From a virus, in IMG/VR virus record IMGVR_UViG_3300037553_000311, positions 1-64,000 of that record: a DNA stretch of 64,000 nucleotides; one strand, written 5' to 3'. Below, one piece after another: positions 30,928 to 42,578 of the stretch. The position numbers were made by a program, and so were the translations under genes. Numbering within the stretch: the stretch's first letter is position 1; each line of letters begins with the position of its first letter. The notes beneath the pieces were generated by a model. It saw only the letters and a list, made by a program, of their open reading frames with translations, did no database searches and was not told where the DNA came from.

Positions 30928-32235
30928 ATGATTAACATATCTAAATTAGACACCAGCGAGATCTCATCAGCTAAACTATTAGCAAGTATATGCTACCAGC
31001 CATCATTATCAGTAGCTAAACAAAAGTGTCAAAGTGTCCCACTCAAGAGAGGATTATATAACACTGGACATCATACTACGTTTGAGAGTACCCATCATAC
31101 ATTTATGATAGAATCTATACCGGTGTCACTAGTCACATTTGGACTACATATGAATCACCCATTTTATAACTCACTACAACGGAGTGGTAGATATTGTACA
31201 GACATGTTCAATTCAGATACACTACTACCTCACGTCAGTGAATTTATAGATAAGTATCTCATAGGGAATGACTTTAATGTAGCTGATAGATTGAGACTGA
31301 TAACATATGTATTCTCAGGAGTAAAGTTATATCAAGACTATATCGATATCATCACAGAAGATGCAATCTTAGCTATAGTTAAAGAACGTCCTAACTTACC
31401 TAGTAAAGTTATCAATATGCAAGCTACTAGATTTGCTCAAGAGCAATTACGCTGTGTCATATCTACAATTACCCCAACAGGATTAGCTCATACATTATCT
31501 ACTATCGCATTAGCTAGTATGTATAATGTATCTTGGAATCAACCATTGAGAGATATCCTATTTGATATGGTAAAGTTATCTACTACAGGTACAGAGTTAG
31601 AATTTATACTAGATGGAGTTCGACCTATAAATCATTGGGTACCTACTATGTCCACTCATGATGTATCTTTAGCTATATCACCTATCGTATCTAACGTGTC
31701 TGGTAAGCATCCAAATATACTTAACACTATACCAGATAAGCTCAATCTATCACCATATGATCCACATACTTCAGATACATTAGATGATAACATCACTACA
31801 GAGATATCTACATCTATCATGAGTTATGGACAAGATCAACGTCATCGTACCATAGAGAGATCTAATCCTCATATCACATGTAGTTTATATATACCACCAT
31901 TACTAAGGAGACATAGTGAATTAGTAGCTAGATATAGTGACATCAAACAGAACTGGATAAGTATGACTAGACACTATGGTCTTGATAAACTCATCCACTT
32001 CATTCCATATGGATCAATGGTGAAATATACTGAACGAGCTACTACTAAAGCATTTCATCATAAGACAGCTAAACGATTATGTCTTAAATCTCAAGAAGAG
32101 ATATATGAAGTAGCTAGGTTAAGTAATATAGCTAATGGAACTAATCTATCACCACCATGCATCTCTCGCAGATGTCGTGAGACGGTAACATGTGGTCGTG
32201 TACGTGATTCTGATGTCAGTAGAGATTTGATATAA
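30928..32235 (+). CDS. thyX: ThyX-like FAD-dependent thymidylate synthase (long, two-domain form)
   Basis: GHHTTFE, QRSGRY, QDQRHR, RLC..SQ.EI motifs. Confidence 0.65.
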   Translation: MINISKLDTSEISSAKLLASICYQPSLSVAKQKCQSVPLKRGLYNTGHHTTFESTHHTFMIESIPVSLVTFGLHMNHPFYNSLQRSGRYCTDMFNSDTLLPHVSEFIDKYLIGNDFNVADRLRLITYVFSGVKLYQDYIDIITEDAILAIVKERPNLPSKVINMQATRFAQEQLRCVISTITPTGLAHTLSTIALASMYNVSWNQPLRDILFDMVKLSTTGTELEFILDGVRPINHWVPTMSTHDVSLAISPIVSNVSGKHPNILNTIPDKLNLSPYDPHTSDTLDDNITTEISTSIMSYGQDQRHRTIERSNPHITCSLYIPPLLRRHSELVARYSDIKQNWISMTRHYGLDKLIHFIPYGSMVKYTERATTKAFHHKTAKRLCLKSQEEIYEVARLSNIANGTNLSPPCISRRCRETVTCGRVRDSDVSRDLI

Positions 32236-32288
32236 ACAAAGATTACCTTCACTCACGCAGTAACATGCGTGAGTGAAGGTATCATTTT

Positions 32289-33287
32289 TTATCCCCGATA
32301 TGCTAATAGTAATACAAATACATCGTCATATAATTCAATCGTATATATGTCATCATGTTTCAATGCCATACGTAATGTGTCAAGATCATCAGTATCAAAT
32401 AGTAGCTTAGTGTTATATGCATCTAACATATCAGCTAGATCTATAGTGAAGTTACCCATTACACTAGCATCTCTAATAGTCCCAATGATATTACTCAATC
32501 GTACATCATTTAATGTCTTGATACCCATCTTACCAGTATTAAAATCTAACCACATGAGAGCTGAAGATAGATTATTATTACCGATACTGATGATATTATC
32601 CTCTATCTTATCTAAGAAATCATCACCTCTATTCACATCGATAGCTTTAGTATCATCACTCAATATATCAATATAAGCACCATTCAAGATATCTACATTA
32701 GATAGTTTCTTTATCTCAGAGAATGACCACCCATTTACATAATAAGGACGCATTACTTGCTTAGTAAATAACTTAGTTACTAATCTAGATGCAGGAGTAC
32801 AATCAACAGTATCACTCACTGATGTATATACTTTATCTATAACAAACTTACCATATATACCAGTAGTTACTGGATCATCAGATAATTCATCATCTATACC
32901 TAAGTATACTAATCTAAAGATCTTGATCTTAGGCGATAGAGTATTATGTCTCACGCTAATCTTACCAGCGTATATATGGTATCCTGGTCTAAGTGCTATC
33001 AATGCATGTTTACCATTCACTTGCTTATTTAACTTATTAAACAAGATAGCATCTAGTAGCTCATCATTACTACCAGAAATGATAGTACCTAATGATGATA
33101 CATATTTATCATTACGACCACCTGTCTCCCAGAAGGTGACTTCATTCTTTCTTATATTCACAGGGATATATACTTCCTCACCTACTGTGATATACATGCG
33201 CATCAGCTCTACTATATCTGGTACAGCGAATGTACTCTTAGCATGAGATGTATCTGTTATGATCTTACTGACTATTATTTTATTCAT
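32289..33287 (-). CDS. Hypothetical protein
   Basis: 332-aa ORF with GGAG RBS. Confidence 0.65.
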   Translation of the reverse strand: MNKIIVSKIITDTSHAKSTFAVPDIVELMRMYITVGEEVYIPVNIRKNEVTFWETGGRNDKYVSSLGTIISGSNDELLDAILFNKLNKQVNGKHALIALRPGYHIYAGKISVRHNTLSPKIKIFRLVYLGIDDELSDDPVTTGIYGKFVIDKVYTSVSDTVDCTPASRLVTKLFTKQVMRPYYVNGWSFSEIKKLSNVDILNGAYIDILSDDTKAIDVNRGDDFLDKIEDNIISIGNNNLSSALMWLDFNTGKMGIKTLNDVRLSNIIGTIRDASVMGNFTIDLADMLDAYNTKLLFDTDDLDTLRMALKHDDIYTIELYDDVFVLLLAYRG

Positions 33288-33460
33288 TACACTCTCTCCA
33301 TATGTTACATTTAAAGAAAGTGAGCAACTTAGTTAATCTCACGATACCACATGCGATCCATTTAAGTGGGTGATTCTTATTATGCGGCATATCGAATCTA
33401 TCTATTATTATACAGTGTATCATGATATAAATTCCTATAGTATTTATGATGTGTCTATCA

Positions 33461-35014
33461 TTATTTGATACCTAATATTGACTCAATGTCAATGTGCTCT
33501 ATCTTAGATGTAGTAGGATTAGAGTGTATATTTCTAACAAATGCTGGGTTACTATGGACGTCATCTGGTATACCTATAATAGGATCTTCAAATAGGTAAG
33601 CACAGAACTTGTCTACTTCTGGAGTATCATCAACATATCTATGTTTACCCCATTGCATAGTTAGCCAAGATCTACCAGCATCATCGAGTTCAATGTTCAT
33701 ATAAGCTACGAAATCAAATTCTCTCCCTATACCAATACTACCAGCAGTATGTCGTTCACCGAATTGCTTTACTGGATGTGGGACACCTGATCCTACGATA
33801 TCACTAGCACCTCTATTTAATTGTGCGGCAGTAAAGAACGTAGTACCGACTGCTTTAAAGAAGTTACATGTTCGATTACATAGCTGATTTATCAATACAT
33901 CATTACCAGAGCGACTAAATTTACCATCACCTTTCTTCATTAGCAGTAAGTAATCTATGATGCAAGCTACTATATTGTATCCTGAGTTAGTATACTTTTC
34001 ATGTAACCTAACTAAGTCATCATAACCAAATTCATCAGGTAAATATCTCTCAATCACTATAGTGAATTCGCCACGATTAAAGTAATCATAGATGGCATTT
34101 ACTACATCTTCATCTGTCATATCACCTGATGGATTATTACCAGTGATAGACTTATACATCTGATTGAACATTTTCATCATACTCATGTATCCGATATCTT
34201 CAAATGATATAATCAGGATCACTGGCTGTTTCCCAGGTATCTTAGGTGGAGTACTATAATCATTTATCCACTTAGCTAAAGACCTCAGCATACTACTCTT
34301 GTAATTATGTTGCCTAGCACAGAATAATACACTCTCACCTAAATAGAAACCACCTTTACTACCACACATCTTATTGAGACCTTGTAGTCCAGTCTTCAAT
34401 ATGTAATCTACATGTCTATCTTTATACATAGAGACAGCATCTTTGATACTAGACTTCTTACTAAAGTCAATCTTCTCTACAGGACCACCTTTACCTATGA
34501 AACTATCGATATCCATGATAGTATTCTTAAAGTCACCTATGAGGTCTTTTATCTCTGTAATCTTATCAGTCTGATCTTCTACGTTATAAGCTAGTTTACA
34601 TTCTCTAATGCTCCCATATAACTTACTGATATATGAGTTACTCTTATGCCATATAACTATGTTGTTGAGCTTCTCAGATAGGTTAGCTAATGTAGTAGCA
34701 TTTGTCTTAGTCTTCAGTAATCCACGGATAGTTTCCTTTATCACCTTATCTCGTCTGAATACCTTATTACTTAAGTATCGAGTCATCAGGTTACTGATAT
34801 CTGACTTGTTTTCTTCTAGTAGTAATCCCTGGGAGATAACATCTTTGCATAACGATATATATAGATTACAGTAATTGATATTATTAGTACTCAATGATGA
34901 TGCGCTATCGACGTATAATTCAAATAGCTCATCAGCTAGATGCTTAGTTTTTACAGTATTGATATGCATTAGTAGTCTTAGTAAGTCATAAAATAAAGTA
35001 GCATCGATGTGCAT
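33461..35014 (-). CDS. dnaB: DnaB-like replicative helicase
   Basis: TGLQGLN, ARQHNYKS (degenerate Walker A), IIDYL, AQLNR, KHR; divergent from the capsid operon as in phiKZ. Confidence 0.82.
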   Translation of the reverse strand: MHIDATLFYDLLRLLMHINTVKTKHLADELFELYVDSASSLSTNNINYCNLYISLCKDVISQGLLLEENKSDISNLMTRYLSNKVFRRDKVIKETIRGLLKTKTNATTLANLSEKLNNIVIWHKSNSYISKLYGSIRECKLAYNVEDQTDKITEIKDLIGDFKNTIMDIDSFIGKGGPVEKIDFSKKSSIKDAVSMYKDRHVDYILKTGLQGLNKMCGSKGGFYLGESVLFCARQHNYKSSMLRSLAKWINDYSTPPKIPGKQPVILIISFEDIGYMSMMKMFNQMYKSITGNNPSGDMTDEDVVNAIYDYFNRGEFTIVIERYLPDEFGYDDLVRLHEKYTNSGYNIVACIIDYLLLMKKGDGKFSRSGNDVLINQLCNRTCNFFKAVGTTFFTAAQLNRGASDIVGSGVPHPVKQFGERHTAGSIGIGREFDFVAYMNIELDDAGRSWLTMQWGKHRYVDDTPEVDKFCAYLFEDPIIGIPDDVHSNPAFVRNIHSNPTTSKIEHIDIESILGIK

Positions 35015-35118
35015 AATAATTCTCCAAAAATAATAGATTAATGTGTATGTGAATATACCTAGATTATTGTCTAAATGTATTCACTTTAACTACCAGCTCT
35101 AATGAGAGGAAACTACCC

Positions 35119-36327
35119 GTGGTGACTGATAATAGAATAAATATAATGCGTCTGATAGCTAAATATGTAGATGCTATTTATCTACGTAAAGCTACTAGAG
35201 ATGATACATCACATATATCTAATGCAGCTCATAATCTAGTGAAGACTACTAGAATCACATTGAGGTCATCTAATTTAACTAAGTTAGAGAAGCACGTATT
35301 CGATAACTTAGATAGAGTATATCAGAATGTTACTACTAATACATTAAGTAGATATACAGATCTAGCTAACTTAGAATCATTAGTACATATGTCAGAACCA
35401 ACACTATCGATAATTGTCAATCCTATCATCAAATACCTGAAGAGTACATTAGCTATAGTAGGAGTACTAGATTACTCAGATACTAATATAGTTTTACCAA
35501 GGATACATATCACACCTAAAGATGAATTAGGTATCAATCACTGTAATCGCACATTATTTACTACTGAATATTCTATGACTACTAACTCATCATATAATTC
35601 AATATATGCTAAGATCATCATCCCTGGTGAAATAGTAACACATACTCATCTGATAGATCTATGTAGTCTAGTAGCGATATCATCTCCACCATGTATAGGT
35701 AGTGTATCTCTATCAGAATATTTAAGTAGTCAAGTTGTAAGACGATATGTATATCTTACCAGATATGCAGTAGTAGATACTGAACAAATATTAGAATACC
35801 TCAGTATCAATAATAATAACGTAATCACATTAGAGGAGATATTACATAATGTCAAATCAGATAGTTTTGTAAAGACGATAGGTACTTTCGAAGAACTAGA
35901 TGATGATACTACTGATAATCCAGATGAAGATCAAGTAGATCCCGACGATGATAGTGGAGATAATCCCGATGAAGATACTACTGATAATCCACAAGACGAT
36001 CAAGCAGATCCCGACGATGATAGTGGGGATGATCCAGCAAATACGCCTCCTCCTAGTGCTTCCAAAACTGATGAAGAGGGCGATAACGATAATACACACG
36101 ATAGTAAGAAAAGTCTCTTAGGTTTAGATTTAGAACTAGCTAAAGATGAGACACTCGATGATCTAATGTACAAGATGTACGTAGTAAATATACTTGATAA
36201 AGTAATAGCTGGTACTGATTATACCGCTGAAGTAGTTTCGGCAGCAACCATATGGAAGAGTCAGTATATATTCCTAGTGAGCGTTAAAGAGACGGAACGA
36301 TTCTTAACTAATTTGAAAATAAAATAA
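35119..36327 (+). CDS. Conserved protein preceding the capsid gene, with an acidic low-complexity repeat
   Basis: Position between helicase and MCP; DTTDNP..DQ.DPDDDSGD occurs twice. Confidence 0.6.
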   Translation: MVTDNRINIMRLIAKYVDAIYLRKATRDDTSHISNAAHNLVKTTRITLRSSNLTKLEKHVFDNLDRVYQNVTTNTLSRYTDLANLESLVHMSEPTLSIIVNPIIKYLKSTLAIVGVLDYSDTNIVLPRIHITPKDELGINHCNRTLFTTEYSMTTNSSYNSIYAKIIIPGEIVTHTHLIDLCSLVAISSPPCIGSVSLSEYLSSQVVRRYVYLTRYAVVDTEQILEYLSINNNNVITLEEILHNVKSDSFVKTIGTFEELDDDTTDNPDEDQVDPDDDSGDNPDEDTTDNPQDDQADPDDDSGDDPANTPPPSASKTDEEGDNDNTHDSKKSLLGLDLELAKDETLDDLMYKMYVVNILDKVIAGTDYTAEVVSAATIWKSQYIFLVSVKETERFLTNLKIK

Positions 36328-36339
36328 AGGAAATTACCC

Positions 36340-38529
36340 ATGAGCAATATTAACTTTGAAGAATTTATTGGTAGCTGCGAATCTCTTGATCTCCAAGCTA
36401 CTCCAGATAATATGAATCATAATGAAGTACATGTGATCGGTGGCGTATATGGTCATGTGAAAGAGTTCCTCGTTCAGACTAATCTTGCTGGCGATCAGAT
36501 GGCTTCACTTGAGTCATTCAATACTGCTATCAGCAACTTTAATCCTCAGGTAGCTCTTACTGATATCGGTCCTGAAGATATCCAGACACTTTGCGCATCT
36601 TGTGGTATCAGTGAAGTAGATATGCGTGCTGCTGTTGAATCAGTAGGACTGTGTATTCATAACTACACTAATAACTATGACCTTCAGACTCACTTCGCAT
36701 CTTCTTCACCTTCCGCTTCTCATGGTGAATTTGAGATGAGGGATCTCGATACAATCTATGATCCTAAAGTAGTTGACAATATGTACATGGACCCAAAAGC
36801 AGCCATTGAAGCATTTGGTGCCACTACTAATAATACTATCACTGATGCTAAAGTAGCTATCACTGTAAGTATCCTTAGGTTTCACCGTTCAGTTATTCAA
36901 CGTCTGCTTCCAACAGTCCCCACTACTTCGAACATCATGACTTTCAAAGTAGATCATCTTGAGACATATGACCTCACCAAGTCTCGTGATAATAATAGTT
37001 CAGTACGTGAAGGTGATCATCAGACTCCATTCGTTGACCTGTACAGAGATCCATCACCAGCGAATATCGATCCTAAGCCTATCGTTTTGCGTACAGCTAA
37101 TGATACTACTCCTAATAAACTGATCGATGAGAATATTGTTAAAATTGGTACTGAACTCAACATGTTCGATTACTCTCTCGATGCTGGTACCTATGGGTAC
37201 AATCATGTCGATTACACAGATCTTGTAGGTGATGATGTACGTATCAAATCTCTCTACATTACAGTGGGTGATGGTAGCGTTACTGAGATGGTTCCAGTTA
37301 ACACTATGACAGAATCAGGAGCTCGTTTGGTAATGAGCCTCAATAATAATGATTCAGCTGATCGTTCAGCTAATCTCACTGGTGTAACTGGTCTCAAAGA
37401 TGTTACTACTATCATGGATGGTACAGTATCTACAATCCTTGATGGCTTCAGTGCAGATGCAGTAATCAAAGTATCATACAACGTATCTGGTAGCATCAAC
37501 CTTAGGACTTCTAACTTGATCGTTCACGGTATCATCTCTGTTGAACTTTCTACTGTATCTGGTAATGCTGTAATCAGTGCTGATCAGACCCTGTTCGACA
37601 CTCTCACTATCGAGCTTGCAGCTTATGAAGTAGCAGCTAATTTCTCAGAAGAGAATGTACGTAAGACAACTAAAGCTCTCCGTATCCTCTCTAAACAATA
37701 TGGTTACGAGATCAAAGGATCAGCTAATACAGTAGTACAGTATTCTCTGAATCAGACTCGTCCAGAAGTAGTAATCGATGGTCTTGCTAAACTCCAGGGT
37801 ATCGGAATCGATGATCGTGGTATCAATATCATCATGAATGGTATCAGTGAGATCAAAGACAAAATCACAGCAGAAGCTGCTCTCGATATCCATTACTCTA
37901 AATCTATTGCTAACTCTTATGTTAGTGGACAACGTATTCGCCCTTATGTATATCAGGGTAATATCGATGTGACAAATAGTGTAACTATCAAAGAGTCAGA
38001 TCGTCTTGGTGATGTCCGTTCTTATACTGAGAAAATCATGCTGGAAGTAGTAACACGTTTGATGAATGAGTCTTTTTATCAACAAGAGCTTGGTACTGGT
38101 GAGAAAGTAGTATTCAATGTACTCACCTCAGGATTTATCAAAGATGCACTCTTGACAGTTCCTCATTATCATGATCACTTGAGAGATACTTCAGCAGATG
38201 CAGTCAATGATGGTCAGGTAGAATTCCGTAGAACTCTTCCTAATGGTGTAGTGTTGAATATCTTTACCACTACATTTGAGTACATGACTGATCGTATCAT
38301 CATGGTACCAGTACGTCCTAATAATCCTCGTAGTACTCTGAACTTTGCTTGCAATGCAGTACGTGGTTCATTTGTAGCTCAAGCTACTCCTAGTGTAGAT
38401 GGAGCTATTTACAATCAGCTCATCGCTAGTACTCGTGAGATGCCTATCGTACTCACACCTATGGCAGCTATGTTGACTGTCACTGGACTGTCTGCTGTAT
38501 TTGAAGGTAATGGCGGACTCGGTGCATAA
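36340..38529 (+). CDS. Major capsid protein (phiKZ gp120-like)
   Basis: 729 aa, distinct high-expression-like codon usage, propeptide with S/A-x-E sites (ASLESF, AAIEAF), DnaB-x-MCP gene order, terminator after. Confidence 0.8.
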   Translation: MSNINFEEFIGSCESLDLQATPDNMNHNEVHVIGGVYGHVKEFLVQTNLAGDQMASLESFNTAISNFNPQVALTDIGPEDIQTLCASCGISEVDMRAAVESVGLCIHNYTNNYDLQTHFASSSPSASHGEFEMRDLDTIYDPKVVDNMYMDPKAAIEAFGATTNNTITDAKVAITVSILRFHRSVIQRLLPTVPTTSNIMTFKVDHLETYDLTKSRDNNSSVREGDHQTPFVDLYRDPSPANIDPKPIVLRTANDTTPNKLIDENIVKIGTELNMFDYSLDAGTYGYNHVDYTDLVGDDVRIKSLYITVGDGSVTEMVPVNTMTESGARLVMSLNNNDSADRSANLTGVTGLKDVTTIMDGTVSTILDGFSADAVIKVSYNVSGSINLRTSNLIVHGIISVELSTVSGNAVISADQTLFDTLTIELAAYEVAANFSEENVRKTTKALRILSKQYGYEIKGSANTVVQYSLNQTRPEVVIDGLAKLQGIGIDDRGINIIMNGISEIKDKITAEAALDIHYSKSIANSYVSGQRIRPYVYQGNIDVTNSVTIKESDRLGDVRSYTEKIMLEVVTRLMNESFYQQELGTGEKVVFNVLTSGFIKDALLTVPHYHDHLRDTSADAVNDGQVEFRRTLPNGVVLNIFTTTFEYMTDRIIMVPVRPNNPRSTLNFACNAVRGSFVAQATPSVDGAIYNQLIASTREMPIVLTPMAAMLTVTGLSAVFEGNGGLGA

Positions 38530-39202
38530 GTAGTACATGTAGTAGATACTAAACTCCATAGCATACCTATCATGGGTATGCTATGGAGGTCTTAGTGTAC
38601 TTGATTGATAGATACAGCTTACGCCTTATACTAGTGATGGTAGTGATACTCGAATATAGCAAATATGCACTTTGAAACTCAAATCGTTATAGAACCGCAT
38701 GTAGTGATTTGAAAATAGGCTAAAAAGAGCTTCCACGTATATCCCTACGTGAAGGTCATATTTGGGCATATTTGGATTTACTACGTACGGTTCTATAGTG
38801 GGTGAAAATGGTGTATTTGAGTTACTTATTATCTTATCTGAAATATCCTGGGATTTTGAGATAGATGATCTATTAGTAGCTTATTATTTCAGATACTATC
38901 TACTATTGAAACTGTGTAATAATATTATGCTAGTATATATAGTAGTAATCTAAATCAGTCACTATTTCAGGTATATATCACTATAGTAGAAGGTATCAGA
39001 TAATACTTGATACCTCCCACTGATCTTTGATTAGTAGAAGATATCAGATAATACTTGATACCTCCCACTGATCTAGCGATTAGTAGAAGGTATCAGATAT
39101 AACCAGATGTACTTACTGATCTTAGATGAGATAACGTATAGATTAATCTATACGTACACTAAAAGTCAGATATCTGACATGATAGCCTTAGGAGGGTAAG
39201 TT

Positions 39203-40339
39203 ATGAAAGTGAGTAATGAAGTAATGAATATCGATGGTAATGATGGATGTGATTTTGATGAGTTCTACGCAGTAGCTACTGACTCTAGTGGTAATACCAT
39301 ATGTGTTGGCGTTATCAAAACAGAAGGAGCTGGTGGTGATGATGCATTAGTAGTCAAGTATGATACTAATCTTAATGTACTAGCTAGGAAAATATATGGT
39401 GGTATTAATTTGGATGAGTTCAGTGGGGTAGTTATAGATTCCAATAACAACATCATATGTGTTGGGAATACTTATAGTGAAGATAGTGGTATTGATGAAG
39501 CACTAGTAGTCAAGTTCGATCCTAACCTTGACATAATTGCTAAGAAAGTATACGGTGGTAGTGGTATTGATAGGTTCTATGAAGTAGTTACTGATGATAA
39601 TGATAATATCATATGTGTTGGACGTACTGTTTCAGAAGGATCTGGTGATTATGATGCACTAGTAGTAAAGTTTGATAATGACCTTAACATACTAGCTAAG
39701 AGGATATATGATGGAGCTGGTAATTACCGATTCTATGAAGTAGCTACTGACTCTAATGGTAATATCATATGTGCTGGACGTACTCAAACAGAAGGAGCTG
39801 ATTCTGATGTTGCTCTAGTAGTCAAGTACGATCCTAACCTTGACATAATTGCTAAGAAAATATATGATGGTAGTGGTGCTGATGCATTTTATACAGTAGC
39901 TACTGACTCTAATGATAATATCATATGTATTGGATGGACTGTCTCAGAAGAAACTGATTCTGATGAAGCACTAGTAGTCAAGTTCGATACTAACCTTAAC
40001 ATATTGACTAAGAAGATATATGATGGTATTGATTGGTTCAATGGAGTAGCTATAGACTCTAATGATAATATCATATGTGTTGGACGTACTGCTTCAGGTA
40101 GTACGTCAGGAACTGGTAACCATGACACATTAGTAGTCAAGTTCGATCCTAACCTTGACATAATTACTAAGAAATTACATAATGATGCAATTATTGATAG
40201 GTTCTATGAAGTAGTTACTGATGATAATGATAATATTATCTGTGTTGGACGTACTGTTTCAGAAGGATCTGGTAGTTTCGATGCATCAGTAGTCAAATTT
40301 GATCCTAATCTTAATATGCTAGTTAATAAGATACAGTAG
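39203..40339 (+). CDS. Beta-propeller repeat protein (about 7 blades)
   Basis: Same blade repeat and the same MKVSNEVMNIDGNDG N-terminus. Confidence 0.85.
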   Translation: MKVSNEVMNIDGNDGCDFDEFYAVATDSSGNTICVGVIKTEGAGGDDALVVKYDTNLNVLARKIYGGINLDEFSGVVIDSNNNIICVGNTYSEDSGIDEALVVKFDPNLDIIAKKVYGGSGIDRFYEVVTDDNDNIICVGRTVSEGSGDYDALVVKFDNDLNILAKRIYDGAGNYRFYEVATDSNGNIICAGRTQTEGADSDVALVVKYDPNLDIIAKKIYDGSGADAFYTVATDSNDNIICIGWTVSEETDSDEALVVKFDTNLNILTKKIYDGIDWFNGVAIDSNDNIICVGRTASGSTSGTGNHDTLVVKFDPNLDIITKKLHNDAIIDRFYEVVTDDNDNIICVGRTVSEGSGSFDASVVKFDPNLNMLVNKIQ

Positions 40340-40633
40340 TTGGATGTGATCTAAATATACATCATAGCATACCTATTACGGGTATGCTATGATGTATTAT
40401 TTTTTATGCACTCTCAGCATGAGCAATAAGTATCTACTACTCATAATAGTGTGATCTATTAGTAGCTTACTATTTGAGGTATATATCATCATAGTAGAAG
40501 GTATCATATAATACTTGATGCATCTCTACTGATCTTCGATTAGTAAGTATATCAGATACTACTTTGATATACTACCTGATCTTCGATGAGATAAGCATAT
40601 CAGATAAACGTCAAATACACGGAGGATATCATA

Positions 40634-41227
40634 ATGATGACAGATGACACTACGATTGATAATGTAGGTAAGGTCGGAGCGATTGTTTGGGATGATGAAT
40701 TATTATCATCTAGTGAAGTAGCTAGTAAATTATCAATCACTAAGAAGTATCTACAAAAGCTATATAGTTCAGGATGTAACACTGAAGCTAAATTACGACA
40801 GTGGAAGAGATCTCAGGGTAATAAAGAAGATATCATCATATATAATACTACCAATGGTGAACTATCTCTATCTGAGATAATAGATAAGCATCATTATGTA
40901 ATCGACCGTGTGATACTACTAAAACGTATCGATGATTATGGTGAAGATAGTGAAGCTATCTGGTTACCAGTAAATCATGTTCAATTCAAACGATGCTTAT
41001 CTGAGTTCGGAATCGAATACGTATCTCATACGTCGAATTACCAGGTGATACGAGATGTAAAATTCGATCGAACTAATCACTGTGCTAGAGTCTATGGGTT
41101 CAGATATACATGTGAACATTATAATGATTGTCAAGAATACCGACTAGTGAATAAAACACATCATCCACGTTACGTTAAGGATAAATGTTTCGTGAATAGT
41201 GAGTTAGAAGTTAATATGACATCTTGA
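40634..41227 (+). CDS. Hypothetical early protein (possible N-terminal HTH, C-terminal Cys/His cluster)
   Basis: GGAGG RBS; promoter at 40473; LSSSEVASKLSIT is HTH-like. Confidence 0.55.
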   Translation: MMTDDTTIDNVGKVGAIVWDDELLSSSEVASKLSITKKYLQKLYSSGCNTEAKLRQWKRSQGNKEDIIIYNTTNGELSLSEIIDKHHYVIDRVILLKRIDDYGEDSEAIWLPVNHVQFKRCLSEFGIEYVSHTSNYQVIRDVKFDRTNHCARVYGFRYTCEHYNDCQEYRLVNKTHHPRYVKDKCFVNSELEVNMTS

Positions 41228-41319
41228 TAAATGTCAATCACCCACCTACGCATATGACATGCGTAGGTGGGTATAAATCATTTGTAGTATAAATTACAAC
41301 TATATTAGAGGATAGTATA

Positions 41320-41652
41320 ATGCAGGTAATCAACATGACACCATATGTAATCAGTATATTGAATTCAGATAGCATGGTAATAACTAAGCTCAAACCATCA
41401 GGTAATACAGTAAGATTAGTCAGTACCACTAGTCGTATGGATGTTGTATATTCTGGTAATATTCCTATACCACTGACAGCTACAGTATTTGGTGAACCTG
41501 AAGGCTTACCAAATACTGTAGCTGGTATAGTGTATATAGTCGATGCTTCTGTGAAAGATAAGTATCCAGAAAGAGATGATCTAGTAACACCAAATGAACC
41601 AGTGCGTAATAGACTAGGTAATATCATCGGGTACTGTAGTCTACGTATCTAA
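41320..41652 (+). CDS. Small hypothetical phage protein
   Basis: INMTP...GLP....VYIV.......PER.DL..P...VR...G.IIG pattern recalled from phage hypothetical proteins; GAGG RBS. Confidence 0.6.
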   Translation: MQVINMTPYVISILNSDSMVITKLKPSGNTVRLVSTTSRMDVVYSGNIPIPLTATVFGEPEGLPNTVAGIVYIVDASVKDKYPERDDLVTPNEPVRNRLGNIIGYCSLRI

Positions 41653-41672
41653 TCACCTGTCCTCATATGATA

Positions 41673-42578
41673 CTACTTTTTAATCAATGCTGCTGATTTC
41701 ACTGATCCCAGTACGCCAACTAACCAATGTTCAGTATGATGTAACTCTTTAATGCTCATCCCATAAGTATTAATCAAATCACCAGTATCTCTTACTACAG
41801 TAGCTACCTTCTTTAATTTAGAGATATCTACCTTACTAATATCCACATTAGATAGTATCTTATATGTATTATCTAGTACCTTATATAGTTTACGTAATAC
41901 CTTCTCAGATGATATTGCATCGTTAAATTCACCACTACTCTTCAAGCATGTATCTACTGATGTCTTTAACGCTACATTACTGTTAAACATCGTACCAAAT
42001 CTAGTAAGTTTATTAGGTAATTTCACTATCACTATATCCTGTATCTTATGGGATACTTCAGATACTATATCCACCATATTGTTATTATCCAATGTATCAA
42101 GTATAGTGACAGCATGTTCCATATCATCTGATTTGATGCATTTATTAAATGAAGTATAGTTAGTTAACATCTCTTTAGAGCGTGATAACATGTTGAAATC
42201 TACCATTACCTTATTCATGTATCTGGTAAGATCTTCAGGTGCTAACGTGAATGGTATCGTAGGACACATGACAGTGCGGATCTTAGAGTAATCTACACGA
42301 TATGTCAATTTAGTAGCTGTCTTATTACTAGAGATGTATCCTTCTAATTCACTACGTCGTACGTTTTTTAGGAATGATGTTAAGTTAGTACCTATATTAG
42401 ATAATACTTTCCTCAAGTAGTCTGATAGTGCGATTAAGATTCTACTAGCTACATTGACTAAACCCTCTAATGATACAGACTCTTTACACCTATCATAGTT
42501 AATGAATAATGCATCTAATTCAGTGAGTAATTCAGCTTCAGTTCGTTCATAATTGGTAGACAATTCAGGTAACAGCAT
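41673..42578 (-). CDS. Probable internal head/virion protein
   Basis: Acidic N-terminus ending in VSLEG (gp175-type cleavage motif); helical body. Confidence 0.5.
   Translation of the reverse strand: MLLPELSTNYERTEAELLTELDALFINYDRCKESVSLEGLVNVASRILIALSDYLRKVLSNIGTNLTSFLKNVRRSELEGYISSNKTATKLTYRVDYSKIRTVMCPTIPFTLAPEDLTRYMNKVMVDFNMLSRSKEMLTNYTSFNKCIKSDDMEHAVTILDTLDNNNMVDIVSEVSHKIQDIVIVKLPNKLTRFGTMFNSNVALKTSVDTCLKSSGEFNDAISSEKVLRKLYKVLDNTYKILSNVDISKVDISKLKKVATVVRDTGDLINTYGMSIKELHHTEHWLVGVLGSVKSAALIKK

Noticed and set aside
38778-38800. Group II intron domain V (acgtacggttc)
   Set aside because: The upstream catalytic triad and stem are absent; the match is one arm of the E1 palindrome.
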